IMG/VR virus record: IMGVR_UViG_3300027971_000028
Span: 1 to 64,000 of that record
Direction: 5' to 3' (one strand)
Source: a virus
DNA length: 64,000 bases
The notes under the pieces were generated by a model that was not told the DNA's origin, ran no database searches, and saw only the letters and a program-made list of their open reading frames with translations. Shown here piece by piece: positions 8,267 to 17,222 of this stretch. The position numbers and the translations under genes were made by a program. Positions within the stretch are counted from its first letter, which is position 1. Each line of letters begins with the position of its first letter.

Positions 8267-10042
8267 ATGGCTCATATTAAAATGAGTGAAACTCGCGCCG
8301 AAGCCACACCTAAAGAGTGGTTAGGAGTTGGTAGAGATATTGGGCAATTAGCAAATAAGTGGTCGCTTCGTGACGACCTTGTTGCGTATGTTGGTCCGGG
8401 TGCTGGTGGTCCTGCGCCTGCGTGCTATAACCCAACAACAGCAGAAGTAGAAGTAAATGTTGATGTCGCTTTCGGAAAAGGAATTACGCCACTAGAGATT
8501 GGTGATATTTCTAATCGCTCTACTCAGTATGAGTTTCCTAAAGCAACTGGCGCAATTATTCATGAAGCCTTTCATGCTCGCTTCTCAGGTTGGTCTATGC
8601 CTAAAGCGTATGAGGAATTAAAAAATGATGAATACAAAGCCTTAATTTTATTAGAGGAAAGTCGTATTGAGTATCAGGGTGTTATTTCTAATCCAAATGC
8701 TCGCGCCTTCCTTCGCGCCTGCGCTATGGAAATTGTTATTGGCGATACAAAAGATATGGAAAATGAAACACAAACACAATCTTTAACTAATCTTGTTGGA
8801 CTTGTTCATGCTCGTATTGACGCTGGTATCTTAGATGAGCATGAAGTAAAAGATGTGACTACAATTATTGAGAAGCAACTTGGTCTTGATGTTGTTTCTA
8901 AACTAAGAGAGGTAGTTCGTAAAGCGCAACTTCATGATAATCACAGGGACGCAACAGAACTTTATCCATTAGCAAAAGAGTGGGCAAAGATTGTTCGTGA
9001 TACTGCTAAAGAGCGTGGAGATGAAAACGCTGGTGAAGGTATGAAAATGCCTAAAGAACTTCTTAAAGCAATCATGGGCGCACTTGGAGAAGCAAGTGGT
9101 TCAGTAGAACTAAATAACTTTGAGGAACTTGCCAACCAAGAACAATCTGAGGATTGGAAAGAGGAAGTTAAGGCTAAGGCTTCTGACGCTAATGAGCAGA
9201 AAGAAAATGAAGTAGTGGCTCAGAAAGTATTCAGTAAGAGTTCCGGTCCGGGTCAATCAAATACTAATAGCACTTTAATTGAGAGCAGAGAACCTACATT
9301 TGAGGAATTGCGTGCTTCTTTAATTATTGGCGAAGCGTTAGAAAAAGCCAAGTATCGTGAGCGAGATGAGATACAAGTTTCTAGTATCGTGCCACCCGGA
9401 CGACTTCGCGCTCGCGCTATTGTCCAAAATACTGCTTATCGTGCTAGAGGACAAATGGCACAAGCAAAACCTTTCCGTAGAACAGTTCGCAAACATACAG
9501 ACGAACCAACTCTTAATGTTGGTGTAATGGTTGATATTTCAGGTTCTATGGGAAGTGCTATGAACCCTATGGCTACAACTGCTTGGGTAATGAGTGAAGC
9601 AGTAAATCGTATTCAGGGCAACTGCGCTATGGTTTATTACGGAAATGATGTGTTCCCAACTTTATCTGCTGGACAAAGATTAGATAAAGTAAATGTTTAT
9701 TCTGCTTCGGACGGAACTGAAAAGTTTCAGAAAGCCTTCCAAGCATTAGACGGCTCATTAAACTTACTTCATGGAACTGGCGCAAGACTTCTAGTAATTG
9801 TTTCTGACGGAGAATACACTCCTGAGGAAAACAAAAGAGCAAGAGAAGTTATGGAAAAATGTAAAGCGTCAGGCGTTGCGGTTTTATGGTTGCCCTTTGA
9901 TGACGGCAGAAGTGCAAAAGATATTGGTGGAGATTATGCCGAGATTGTTCTAGGTATAAATCAACCTGCCGAAACTGCCGAAGTTATTGGTAAGTCAGCG
10001 CAGGCAGTTATGACAAGAATTGGTGAGCGTGAAAGTGCTTAA
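8267..10042 (+). CDS. CobT-like protein: N-terminal HExxH metallopeptidase-like domain plus C-terminal VWA domain
   Basis: IIHEAFH...LLEESRIE; MIDAS motif DISGSM; later IVSDGE. Confidence 0.85.
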   Translation: MAHIKMSETRAEATPKEWLGVGRDIGQLANKWSLRDDLVAYVGPGAGGPAPACYNPTTAEVEVNVDVAFGKGITPLEIGDISNRSTQYEFPKATGAIIHEAFHARFSGWSMPKAYEELKNDEYKALILLEESRIEYQGVISNPNARAFLRACAMEIVIGDTKDMENETQTQSLTNLVGLVHARIDAGILDEHEVKDVTTIIEKQLGLDVVSKLREVVRKAQLHDNHRDATELYPLAKEWAKIVRDTAKERGDENAGEGMKMPKELLKAIMGALGEASGSVELNNFEELANQEQSEDWKEEVKAKASDANEQKENEVVAQKVFSKSSGPGQSNTNSTLIESREPTFEELRASLIIGEALEKAKYRERDEIQVSSIVPPGRLRARAIVQNTAYRARGQMAQAKPFRRTVRKHTDEPTLNVGVMVDISGSMGSAMNPMATTAWVMSEAVNRIQGNCAMVYYGNDVFPTLSAGQRLDKVNVYSASDGTEKFQKAFQALDGSLNLLHGTGARLLVIVSDGEYTPEENKRAREVMEKCKASGVAVLWLPFDDGRSAKDIGGDYAEIVLGINQPAETAEVIGKSAQAVMTRIGERESA

Positions 10043-10129
10043 CCAAAAAGAACGAGTGGAACTCCTACCCCTTTGGGGTTTCACTCTGCTAGTTATTTGC
10101 GGCAGCGGCGAAAGCAAAAAGTAAAAAAT

Positions 10130-10573
10130 ATGGAAAGAGATGAAAGCAAGTTTGTTATTAAATACGCATCTCACATGTTGCCTTCCGTTGCGCATGGCAT
10201 TACAAGATTTGATGCTTGTTTCTATGCTGGCGAAGGTTATATAGCCACAGTTTTATATGAAGGCTTTGCCGTTGATATTTATTGCGACGGAGATACAAAA
10301 ATATATAACCCGAAGACAGAACAATATTACAGAGGCGGTGCGGATTTAATACTTGGTGGCTTTGATACGGATACTAAGTTTCATAAAGCAACTGAGGACG
10401 AGAGCCTAGTTATGGATATGAACTCTTGGTTTGACCTTTACTGCTACGGAGAACACCTTGCTGCGGTAAGCCACATGTTAGATGATGCGATTGGCTCTGC
10501 AAAAGATTATGTTTATCAAGAGTATTTCTGGGCTGAAACACTTCTTGACATGCCTGACATGCTTGACAAATAA
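10130..10573 (+). CDS. Hypothetical protein (start revised from 10073)
   Basis: ATG at 10130 in frame; the region upstream is motif-bearing intergenic DNA. Confidence 0.7.
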   Translation: MERDESKFVIKYASHMLPSVAHGITRFDACFYAGEGYIATVLYEGFAVDIYCDGDTKIYNPKTEQYYRGGADLILGGFDTDTKFHKATEDESLVMDMNSWFDLYCYGEHLAAVSHMLDDAIGSAKDYVYQEYFWAETLLDMPDMLDK

Positions 10574-10591
10574 AGACTATTATGAAATAAT
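10563..10591 (+). promoter_or_regulatory. sigma70-type promoter overlapping a stop codon
   Basis: TTGACA-N17-AATAAT. Confidence 0.65.
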
Positions 10592-10622
10592 ATGTTTAAA
10601 GCGAAAGGGGAAAAAGTAAAAA

Positions 10623-11156
10623 ATGCATACATGTCAGATTATGTTGGTAGAGGCAGATAGCGCAGAGCAGGCTCTGAGTTATGTAAAAGGCACAATTACC
10701 CATGCGGAAACTCCTTACCCCGCTTGGTCTGATTGGCATGGTGGTATTTCTGAAGGACTTGCTGGTCGCTGGTCTGGATTATTTCAGGGCTGGGAAGAGA
10801 ACCAAGATGTTCTTTGCTACACCGAGAATAAAGTTTTAGCAGACGACATTATTAAAGAGTTTGTTTCTTACCGAATAACTGAAGCCAAAAATCTTTGGGA
10901 CGAAATGAAAAAAGGAAATGGGTTTGATGTAGAGAAATCAATCTCTGAATATAATCCTTACGAACAAAGATTTGATGATAGCGGTATGAATATGTGGCGA
11001 CTACAAAGGATTTCCAAGATACTAAATAATGATTGGTGTTCTGATACTGGCGTATATGACTTACAAGAGCATACGGCTAACTTAAAATACTTTAAGGATA
11101 GGCTTGACAAAAATCCTGAAAAACAGTATCTTGTTCCAGTAGACTTTCACTTTTAA
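10623..11156 (+). CDS. Hypothetical protein
   Basis: ORF track; AAAGGGG SD. Confidence 0.75.
   Translation: MHTCQIMLVEADSAEQALSYVKGTITHAETPYPAWSDWHGGISEGLAGRWSGLFQGWEENQDVLCYTENKVLADDIIKEFVSYRITEAKNLWDEMKKGNGFDVEKSISEYNPYEQRFDDSGMNMWRLQRISKILNNDWCSDTGVYDLQEHTANLKYFKDRLDKNPEKQYLVPVDFHF
11104..11132 (+). promoter_or_regulatory. sigma70-type promoter inside a gene 3' end
   Basis: TTGACA-N17-TATCTT. Confidence 0.6.
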
Positions 11157-11167
11157 GACAAGGGGTA

Positions 11168-11392
11168 ATGATGATAAGTAATACAACAGTTTTAATGCGG
11201 ACACCAACATGTTTAATGTGTAGTGCTGGTGGGTTTGTAGAAGTTTTTTCTGAAGGATATATGAAATATAAACGAGGTGCGGCAATACAAGAGGCTTTTC
11301 CTGAACTAGATAAATCTTTAAGAGAACAAATTATTTCGGGAACTCACCCAAAGTGCTGGGAGAGTATGACAGCCGGATTGGAGAAAGAGTAA
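11168..11392 (+). CDS. Small CxxC...HxxC zinc-binding protein
   Basis: CLMC...THPKCW. Confidence 0.75.
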   Translation: MMISNTTVLMRTPTCLMCSAGGFVEVFSEGYMKYKRGAAIQEAFPELDKSLREQIISGTHPKCWESMTAGLEKE

Positions 11393-11529
11393 TGATAACT
11401 TGCCAAAGTTGCGGTTGGGAGATTACAACTGATTTTGATTTATGGATAGACAGTATGGGTGGTGCGGTTTGCTTCTGGGACAGAGGAGTAGAAAAGCCAC
11501 ACTACCCACGAGTATTGGTTTCAGCGTAA
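11392..11529 (+). CDS. 45-aa Cys/His microprotein
   Basis: MITCQSCGWE...VCFW...PHYP; TAATG coupling. Confidence 0.6.
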   Translation: MITCQSCGWEITTDFDLWIDSMGGAVCFWDRGVEKPHYPRVLVSA

Positions 11530-11563
11530 AAGCAAAAAGTAAAAATCAGGTGGTTGTTGCTGC

Positions 11564-11591
11564 TTGACTTTTTATTTTAAACTGGTATTAT
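11564..11591 (+). promoter_or_regulatory. sigma70-type promoter
   Basis: TTGACT-N16-TATTAT. Confidence 0.6.
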
Positions 11592-11618
11592 TAGATCAAC
11601 AGTAAGAAAAGGGGAAAA

Positions 11619-11993
11619 ATGGAAAAGCAAAAAGCAGTAATAATCTCAACTGAGGGGCACAAGTCCGTCGTTGAGTTTGAGTTCGGCAAGTCTTATCAAC
11701 TACTTAGTGATGCCGTAGGTGGCATGATTGAGTGTGTTAGTTTAAAAGATGCGGACTTATGGTGTAATGAAAACGGCATCGCTGAAGGTCTGGAGTTAAA
11801 TATGATTGCTTCGGCTATTTACTCAGATGCCTTTAATGCGAGTAATCCAATTCTAGGTAATGTAATTATTACTGGAAGCGTTGATGCTGAGGGTGAGACT
11901 TTAGGTCTTACTGATGAGCAAGTCGCCTACTGGTTGGAATATAACAAAAAAGTTATACCTACCGCCTACCTAATGAGTGGCATTTATAACTAA
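11619..11993 (+). CDS. DUF3846-like protein
   Basis: DAVGGMIECV...LWCNENG...LELN..AS...ILGNVIITG..D.EG.T..LT.EQ pattern. Confidence 0.75.
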   Translation: MEKQKAVIISTEGHKSVVEFEFGKSYQLLSDAVGGMIECVSLKDADLWCNENGIAEGLELNMIASAIYSDAFNASNPILGNVIITGSVDAEGETLGLTDEQVAYWLEYNKKVIPTAYLMSGIYN

Positions 11994-12009
11994 TAAACTT
12001 CCCACAAAG

Positions 12010-12046
12010 AGAAGATCTGGCTAACGCTGGATCTTCTTTTTTTTTG
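12010..12046 (+). terminator. Intrinsic terminator
   Basis: GAAGATC/GATCTTC stem plus a long T-run. Confidence 0.8.
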
Positions 12047-12164
12047 TAAAAGTTGTTTGGAAGTCTGCGGCCCTGGCTGCTCTGGCACAGCAAAAAGTAA
12101 AAAAAGCACTTGCTTGCCGCTGCCAGGTCCATAAAAATATTTTAGACTTTCCTGACTTTTAGAC

Positions 12165-12193
12165 TTGACTTTCCTAGAACAAGGGCGTATTGT
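12165..12193 (+). promoter_or_regulatory. sigma70-type promoter with inverted GTCAGGAAAGTC box just upstream
   Basis: TTGACT-N17-TATTGT; GACTTTCCTGAC at 12145-12156. Confidence 0.65.
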
Positions 12194-12240
12194 GCGCTAT
12201 GTAAGTGAGAAACTCTCTCTTACCGAAAGGAAAAGACACA

Positions 12241-12645
12241 ATGACAAACAATGTCAAAGGTGTTGTAGATACAGTAGTGGCAATTCGCACTACTACTACA
12301 ACCATTAAGAACGATACAAAAGTAATCGCTCTTGATGAAACTAATGCTAAAGAACTTCTAGCGAAGTTTGAGGCAAACAAGGCAGACAAGGCAACCTTAG
12401 AAGCCCAATACAAAGAACTACAAGCCGAAATCTATTCACTTCTTGGATACAAGAAGGTTGGCGACAAATGGATTGGTGTCGCAGATGAAGGCACTATTGA
12501 CGGAGTTTCCGTTATCAAAGTAGGAACACAAACTCGCACGAACTTTGATAGAGAAAAGTTTTTACAGGAAAATCCTGAACTTCTACCACTTGTTGAGGCT
12601 TTCACTTCACAAAGCACCAACACAATTCTAAAAACAACTCGGTAA
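12241..12645 (+). CDS. Hypothetical coiled-coil protein (start revised from 12205)
   Basis: Heptads KADKATLEAQYKELQAEI; C-terminal RTNFDREKFLQENPEL. Confidence 0.75.
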   Translation: MTNNVKGVVDTVVAIRTTTTTIKNDTKVIALDETNAKELLAKFEANKADKATLEAQYKELQAEIYSLLGYKKVGDKWIGVADEGTIDGVSVIKVGTQTRTNFDREKFLQENPELLPLVEAFTSQSTNTILKTTR

Positions 12646-12658
12646 TAATTAAAAAGAA

Positions 12659-12684
12659 GCCCCCGCTTAATTGCGGGGGTTTCC
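12659..12684 (+). terminator. Intrinsic terminator
   Basis: CCCCCGC-ttaatt-GCGGGGG followed by TTT. Confidence 0.75.
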
Positions 12685-12699
12685 CAACAAGGGGGAAAA

Positions 12700-13164
12700 A
12701 TGACAACAAAGACACTAACAATAGGTGAAGCAGTAAAATCTATGAACTTTCTTGCTACTAACTTTATGGAAACAAACGAGTTAGATAGAGAAGCGTTAGA
12801 GATATCCAGTAAAGCAATAAGTAAAAATCTACTTATTCGTGATTACTTTATGGGTATGCCGAAAGACTTCGGATTACCTTTTATGACTTCTCTATGTAAA
12901 AAAATGATAAGTGAGGTAGATAGTTCAGAACTTCTTGACCTATACGCAATTTATTCAGCGTTCTTATATGAGGGTGGAGAAAGCGAACTTGCTTTAGATA
13001 ACCTAAATAAAGCGTCAGAGATAAATAATAAGCACCCACTAACAGAACTGTTGGTTCGTGTTTATGAACACGCTTGGGAAGCAAGTAGTTTCTCTGAGAT
13101 GAGAAGTGCTATCCACAAAAAAGTTATTGCTGAAGCAAAGAAATACGCAAAAGACGAAATCTAA
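12700..13164 (+). CDS. DUF4192-like helical protein
   Basis: IRDYFMG...AFLYEGGESELAL..L.KA...PLTELL resembles the DUF4192 C-terminal pattern. Confidence 0.5.
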   Translation: MTTKTLTIGEAVKSMNFLATNFMETNELDREALEISSKAISKNLLIRDYFMGMPKDFGLPFMTSLCKKMISEVDSSELLDLYAIYSAFLYEGGESELALDNLNKASEINNKHPLTELLVRVYEHAWEASSFSEMRSAIHKKVIAEAKKYAKDEI

Positions 13165-13174
13165 AACAAAAGGA

Positions 13175-13204
13175 GAAGCCCCGCCAAGTGCGGGGTTTTT
13201 CTTT
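13175..13204 (+). terminator. Intrinsic terminator
   Basis: CCCCGC-caagt-GCGGGG followed by TTTTT. Confidence 0.8.
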
Positions 13205-13308
13205 ATGCGGCTACAGCAAAAAGTAAAAAATTACCAAGATGCCGCTGCTACAGAACTATAAACAATTTGGCTATGTGGGATAGGCAATTAAAAAACAGCG
13301 AGGGGTGC

Positions 13309-13337
13309 TTGACTAAATTATGTAAGTATGTAATACT
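13309..13337 (+). promoter_or_regulatory. sigma70-type promoter
   Basis: TTGACT-N17-AATACT. Confidence 0.55.
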
Positions 13338-13363
13338 ACGGATATCAGGGAAAGGGGAAACAA

Positions 13364-13615
13364 ATGAACTCTGAGGTGTTAGAACTAAAGTTAGACGAAG
13401 AGGAAGTTGGCTTCGTAAATATGGGTTTGGCATTGCTTTTAGAAATGCTTGGCTCTGATATAGATGGCTGGAAAAATAAGAAGGATACTTCTATGGATAA
13501 ATTATTCTTTTTAATGGATACCAAAATTGGAGTTGCTAACCTTTGGCGCAAGGTGCTTATCACCGCTGGGGCTGACCCTGAAGAAATTGCTGAACATTTA
13601 AGAGAGCAGGAGTAA
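13364..13615 (+). CDS. Hypothetical protein
   Basis: ORF track; AAGGGG SD. Confidence 0.75.
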   Translation: MNSEVLELKLDEEEVGFVNMGLALLLEMLGSDIDGWKNKKDTSMDKLFFLMDTKIGVANLWRKVLITAGADPEEIAEHLREQE

Positions 13616-13617
13616 TC

Positions 13618-13830
13618 ATGGCTGGGCACATTACAGTTAGAGAGTTGATTGACAACTTGATGAAGGTAGAGGATTTAGACTCGCCTGTTATCTATCAGTA
13701 TTATATTGGCGAACACTTTGAGGTTTCGGATAAAGTATTTGCTGAAGTTGCTAACGAGTATGAGTCTGTAATTCCATGTCTAACAAATTCTTACGACACG
13801 ATTTATCAGACAGTTAAGGAAAGGGTGTAA
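13618..13830 (+). CDS. Hypothetical protein
   Basis: ORF track; AGGAG SD. Confidence 0.7.
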   Translation: MAGHITVRELIDNLMKVEDLDSPVIYQYYIGEHFEVSDKVFAEVANEYESVIPCLTNSYDTIYQTVKERV

Positions 13831-13835
13831 TAACT

Positions 13836-14003
13836 ATGATTAAAGAAGTAGAGTTGGAATACACAGTAGATACTCTTGCTAAGTTAGTAAGAGATAACTA
13901 CGGAAAGAACGCAGTTGAGTATCTAGTTGGTAGATTAACTAGTGTGATAACTGAGAAACAACTCAAGACTTTGATTGACTATGAAAAGGGAATAGATGGA
14001 TAA
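13836..14003 (+). CDS. Hypothetical 55-aa protein
   Basis: Hand-read ORF MIKEVELEYT...; AAGGG SD. Confidence 0.65.
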   Translation: MIKEVELEYTVDTLAKLVRDNYGKNAVEYLVGRLTSVITEKQLKTLIDYEKGIDG

Positions 14004-14226
14004 TATACTTCCAAGCCGAACAGTAATGTTTGTTGGCGATTACTTTACTCTAATGACCACCATTGTCTTAGATGAAAAACTAAGAAATGAGGGCGAAGTT
14101 GATAATGACTTTGCGGTTCGTGTTGCGTCTGTATTCATGAACGAATACTACGGCTTTGATGTAGCGTCAGTTGCTAATAGTATTGGGGTTGTAGATGAAG
14201 ATGGCGCAGAGGTAGAAAATGATTAA
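13996..14226 (+). CDS. Hypothetical protein
   Basis: ORF track; overlaps its neighbours by 8 nt. Confidence 0.7.
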   Translation: MDNILPSRTVMFVGDYFTLMTTIVLDEKLRNEGEVDNDFAVRVASVFMNEYYGFDVASVANSIGVVDEDGAEVEND

Positions 14227-14566
14227 GACTTCCATAGATTTGTTTGATGAAACCTGTAATGCCGTTTCTAAAGGAGAACTAGATAAACAACTAGTTCCCC
14301 TTAAAAAACTTATAGAGGAGCGACTAAGTGTTGTGAGGGTAGATGCGGACATAAAGGATTTTGTAGTTGGAGATAGGATTGTTCTAAATAGTAATTGCGG
14401 AACTAAGTCTTTGATAGGAGATGAAGGAACTGTGGTTGCTATTAGGAGAAGTAAAATCACTATTACTTTTGATAAACCTAAAGGTAGGTTCGCTAGAACA
14501 AACTCACAGGGGGAGATTTACTCTGCCAATGCCGTAGTTCCTATATCCATAGTTGATAAGATTTAA
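14219..14566 (+). CDS. Hypothetical protein with SH3/KOW-like C-terminus
   Basis: FVVGDRIVL...GDEGTVVAIRRSKITITFD. Confidence 0.6.
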   Translation: MIKTSIDLFDETCNAVSKGELDKQLVPLKKLIEERLSVVRVDADIKDFVVGDRIVLNSNCGTKSLIGDEGTVVAIRRSKITITFDKPKGRFARTNSQGEIYSANAVVPISIVDKI

Positions 14567-14610
14567 GAGCGTCTGAGCAAATAAAAAGTAAAAAATCAGG
14601 CTAAACTAAT

Positions 14611-14712
14611 TCTCACCTTGGGTAGCGGTTAATCCCCTTTTCCGCCCCGAGTTGAGAGCAGAAAACACCCCTTCATGCTCCGCCGACCCCCCACCGATCT
14701 GGGGGGTTTGGT
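14611..14712 (+). ncRNA. Candidate structured RNA (three consecutive hairpins)
   Basis: TCTCA/TGAGA + CTTGGG/CCCGAG + GCGG/CCGC; GAGCA/TGCTC; CCCCCCA/TGGGGGG. Confidence 0.35.
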
Positions 14713-14760
14713 GTTTAACTCAACAAAATCACCCTTCTGAGAGTAGGGTATTTTTTAACC

Positions 14761-15006
14761 ATGGAAATCGTAGATAAGTATTACCACTCCAACGGCTCTG
14801 CCGTTCCATTTATTGCCGCCCTTGTTGATGACCCCGCTGATGGAGATACAAAAATTGTTATTATGTTTGACGAGAGGGACTTTACTGCTGTTCTTTCGCT
14901 AGACTCTCTACTTCGAGATGAGGATATCTCAGCAAGAAACAATGGATATCACGGAGACAAGTATGAAAAACTTAGAGAAGATTTGTGGGATGGGTTTTTA
15001 GACTAA
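14761..15006 (+). CDS. Hypothetical protein
   Basis: ORF track; no SD, possibly leaderless. Confidence 0.7.
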   Translation: MEIVDKYYHSNGSAVPFIAALVDDPADGDTKIVIMFDERDFTAVLSLDSLLRDEDISARNNGYHGDKYEKLREDLWDGFLD

Positions 15007-15038
15007 GCAAAAAGTAAAAAACAATTGGGGAAAAGACT

Positions 15039-15611
15039 ATGACAACTATTGCAGCGATACAGGGTGAGAACTGGGCTGCTATTGGGTATGACTCAAGGCT
15101 AACTGAAGACAATAGCAAGATCTATACGCTGCCTAAAGATAATGGCAAAGTAAATAGAAATGGTCCATACTTAATTGGCGCGGCTGGAGATATGCGTGCC
15201 ATCAACATACTTACACATGTTTTTAAGCCACCTGCGATAAATCCAAACCTTTACGGGGCAAAGTTGGATAAGTTTATTTCTTCAGTCTTTATCCAAGATA
15301 TGAAACACTGTTTCGAGGAGAACTCTTACAGCAAAGATGGAGAGCATGACTCTCAGGTAATGGTTGCGGTTAATGGAACTATCTACGAGATTGGTGATGA
15401 CTTCTCTTGGGCGCATGATGAAACAGGCGTATATGCCATAGGTTCAGGGGGCGGATACGCAATGGGAGCAATGCTGGCAAGCCTAGACAGCAAAAAGAAA
15501 ACCTTAGGCACAGCCAAAAATGTCATTAGACAAGCAATAACTATCGCTGCCAAGTTAGATCCAAGCACAGGGTTGCCGATCAATATCGCGGTGCAGCACT
15601 TCGGATCTTAA
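15039..15611 (+). CDS. HslV/proteasome-beta-like Ntn-hydrolase peptidase
   Basis: MTTIAAI...DSRLT N-terminal nucleophile Thr; LIGAAGD; AIGSGG.YA.GA. Confidence 0.8.
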   Translation: MTTIAAIQGENWAAIGYDSRLTEDNSKIYTLPKDNGKVNRNGPYLIGAAGDMRAINILTHVFKPPAINPNLYGAKLDKFISSVFIQDMKHCFEENSYSKDGEHDSQVMVAVNGTIYEIGDDFSWAHDETGVYAIGSGGGYAMGAMLASLDSKKKTLGTAKNVIRQAITIAAKLDPSTGLPINIAVQHFGS

Positions 15612-15695
15612 AAAGTTGTTTTGATCTGGGCCTACTAGCGGCTGAAGATATATTTTTTTTACTTTTTGCTAAGAAGAAACACCTGAGCATCATAC

Positions 15696-15724
15696 TTGCC
15701 AACAACTTATTAACATGATAGTAT
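15696..15724 (+). promoter_or_regulatory. sigma70-type promoter
   Basis: TTGCCA-N17-TAGTAT. Confidence 0.6.
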
Positions 15725-15749
15725 CTGTATTGAAAGAGGGGGAAATAAA

Positions 15750-16058
15750 ATGGCGAACTTCGACCTAGTAAAAGAAAGAGTTGGCGATGCTAAGGCTATC
15801 GCTTGGGATAGTTGCCACAAGATTTACTTGCTAATGGACGATGAGCAGGTAGAAACAATGCGTGGCTACGAGTATGACCCACTAATTAGAAACAAAGAAC
15901 TAACACCTGAAGAAATGCTAACAACCTTGCAAAACTGGTATTCAAATTCTTGCGGGCTTAGATTTATTCAAGCGGTTACTACTAACCACATAGATCCAAA
16001 CGCTGGCTTCGAAATCCTAATAGGACAGGGTGAACATGAAGAATACGAGGAAGACTAA
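15750..16058 (+). CDS. Conserved phage hypothetical protein (WDSCHKIY...SCGLRFI)
   Basis: ORF track; AGGGGG SD. Confidence 0.75.
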   Translation: MANFDLVKERVGDAKAIAWDSCHKIYLLMDDEQVETMRGYEYDPLIRNKELTPEEMLTTLQNWYSNSCGLRFIQAVTTNHIDPNAGFEILIGQGEHEEYEED

Positions 16059-16150
16059 TGGTGGACTTACTAACAATAAAGTGCCGTGAGTGTCTACAAA
16101 CTATGAGCCGTGAGGAATACGCCTATGGACACGACTGCGAATCTGCCTAA
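16058..16150 (+). CDS. 30-aa CxxC...HxC microprotein
   Basis: MVDLLTIKCREC...YGHDCESA; TAATG coupling; GAGG SD. Confidence 0.55.
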   Translation: MVDLLTIKCRECLQTMSREEYAYGHDCESA

Positions 16151-16164
16151 CATAAAATCAAACT

Positions 16165-16194
16165 AACTCCTTGCCTTACGGCAGGGAGTTTTTT
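16165..16194 (+). terminator. Intrinsic terminator
   Basis: AACTCCTTGCC-ttac-GGCAGGGAGTT followed by TTTT. Confidence 0.8.
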
Positions 16195-16417
16195 ATTGGA
16201 AAAACCTTTACATTTTTTTCATCAAGGCGGTATGCACATCCAAAAGTTGTTTGTAAATCTGGATCTACAGCAGCATGGTCATAGCAAAAAGTAAAAAAAT
16301 ACAGCAGCCTGGCTATTTGCGGCTTCGTAAGTTGTTTATAGATTTCAAAGCGGGCTCAAAGTGAGCGTAGGAAGTAAGCGCTTTTTCTGAAGGACAACTG
16401 TGGAAATTGTTGCCTTC

Positions 16418-16446
16418 TTGACAAAAAGTCAGGAAGGTGCTAATCT
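16418..16446 (+). promoter_or_regulatory. sigma70-type promoter with GTCAGGAAGGTG in the spacer
   Basis: TTGACA-N17-TAATCT. Confidence 0.7.
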
Positions 16447-16477
16447 TACGAAACAAGGTAGGAGAAAGGGGAACTCA

Positions 16478-16654
16478 ATGAGAGGCTTACCTGATAGTGC
16501 GATACTAGGAACTTATGGTCGTATGAAACACATGAGGCACAAAAGTCGTCATAGTGCTAAGGAGTATCAAGCAACTGCTGATTTCCTAAACAATATGATA
16601 AACAAAGCAATACAAAAAAGATTAGACAAAAAAAGTAATTTGACAAAAATCTAA
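16478..16654 (+). CDS. Small basic hypothetical protein (start revised from 16400)
   Basis: AAAGGGG SD before ATG 16478. Confidence 0.7.
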   Translation: MRGLPDSAILGTYGRMKHMRHKSRHSAKEYQATADFLNNMINKAIQKRLDKKSNLTKI

Positions 16655-16668
16655 TTATTTACTAAAAT
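16640..16668 (+). promoter_or_regulatory. sigma70-type promoter in the last codons of the upstream gene
   Basis: TTGACA-N17-TAAAAT. Confidence 0.75.
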
Positions 16669-16691
16669 ACAAAAAGAAAGGGTGGAACTAA

Positions 16692-17222
16692 ATGTTTTCC
16701 TTAGAAGATGAAGCAATAGAACTATTAGAAACAAAAATAGCACCACGCTCTTATACGATTGACTATCCAAAAGAGTTATGGTCAGAGGTTCTTCCTGGCT
16801 TATGGCAGGGCGGAACTGATGATGATGATGTCTTTGACCAACTAGCAAAGCCAATGATTACTAAGAAAGATTTTGACCTAGTAATTACCGCTTATGCTTC
16901 AGCGAACCCTGTTGATTGGTTTGTGAAAGAACTAAGGTTTGGATTTTACGACAGCGATATGCAGGACTTTGACCCTAATGAGTTAAAGCCGATTGTTCGC
17001 ATGGCACATGAGGATTGGAAACGCGGTCAGCGTGTCTTAATTCGTTGCCAAGCAGGTATGAACAGATCAGGCTTGATCATGGCTCTCGTTCTTATCCGTG
17101 AAGGTTATACGGCAGATGAGGCAATTAACTTGATCAGAACCAAGAGAAGCAAGCACGCCTTGTTCAATGGTCGCTTTGAGAAGTGGCTTAAAGAGGCAAG
17201 CGTTGAGGCTTGGAGAAACTAA
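16692..17222 (+). CDS. Dual-specificity/tyrosine protein phosphatase
   Basis: CX5R P-loop LIRCQAGMNRSG; LWQGG N-terminal motif; upstream general-acid Asp (FYDSD). Confidence 0.9.
   Translation: MFSLEDEAIELLETKIAPRSYTIDYPKELWSEVLPGLWQGGTDDDDVFDQLAKPMITKKDFDLVITAYASANPVDWFVKELRFGFYDSDMQDFDPNELKPIVRMAHEDWKRGQRVLIRCQAGMNRSGLIMALVLIREGYTADEAINLIRTKRSKHALFNGRFEKWLKEASVEAWRN

Noticed and set aside
14611-14712. tRNA gene
   Set aside because: Three serial hairpins, no cloverleaf, no TTC T-loop or CCA end; no tRNA recognised anywhere in the window
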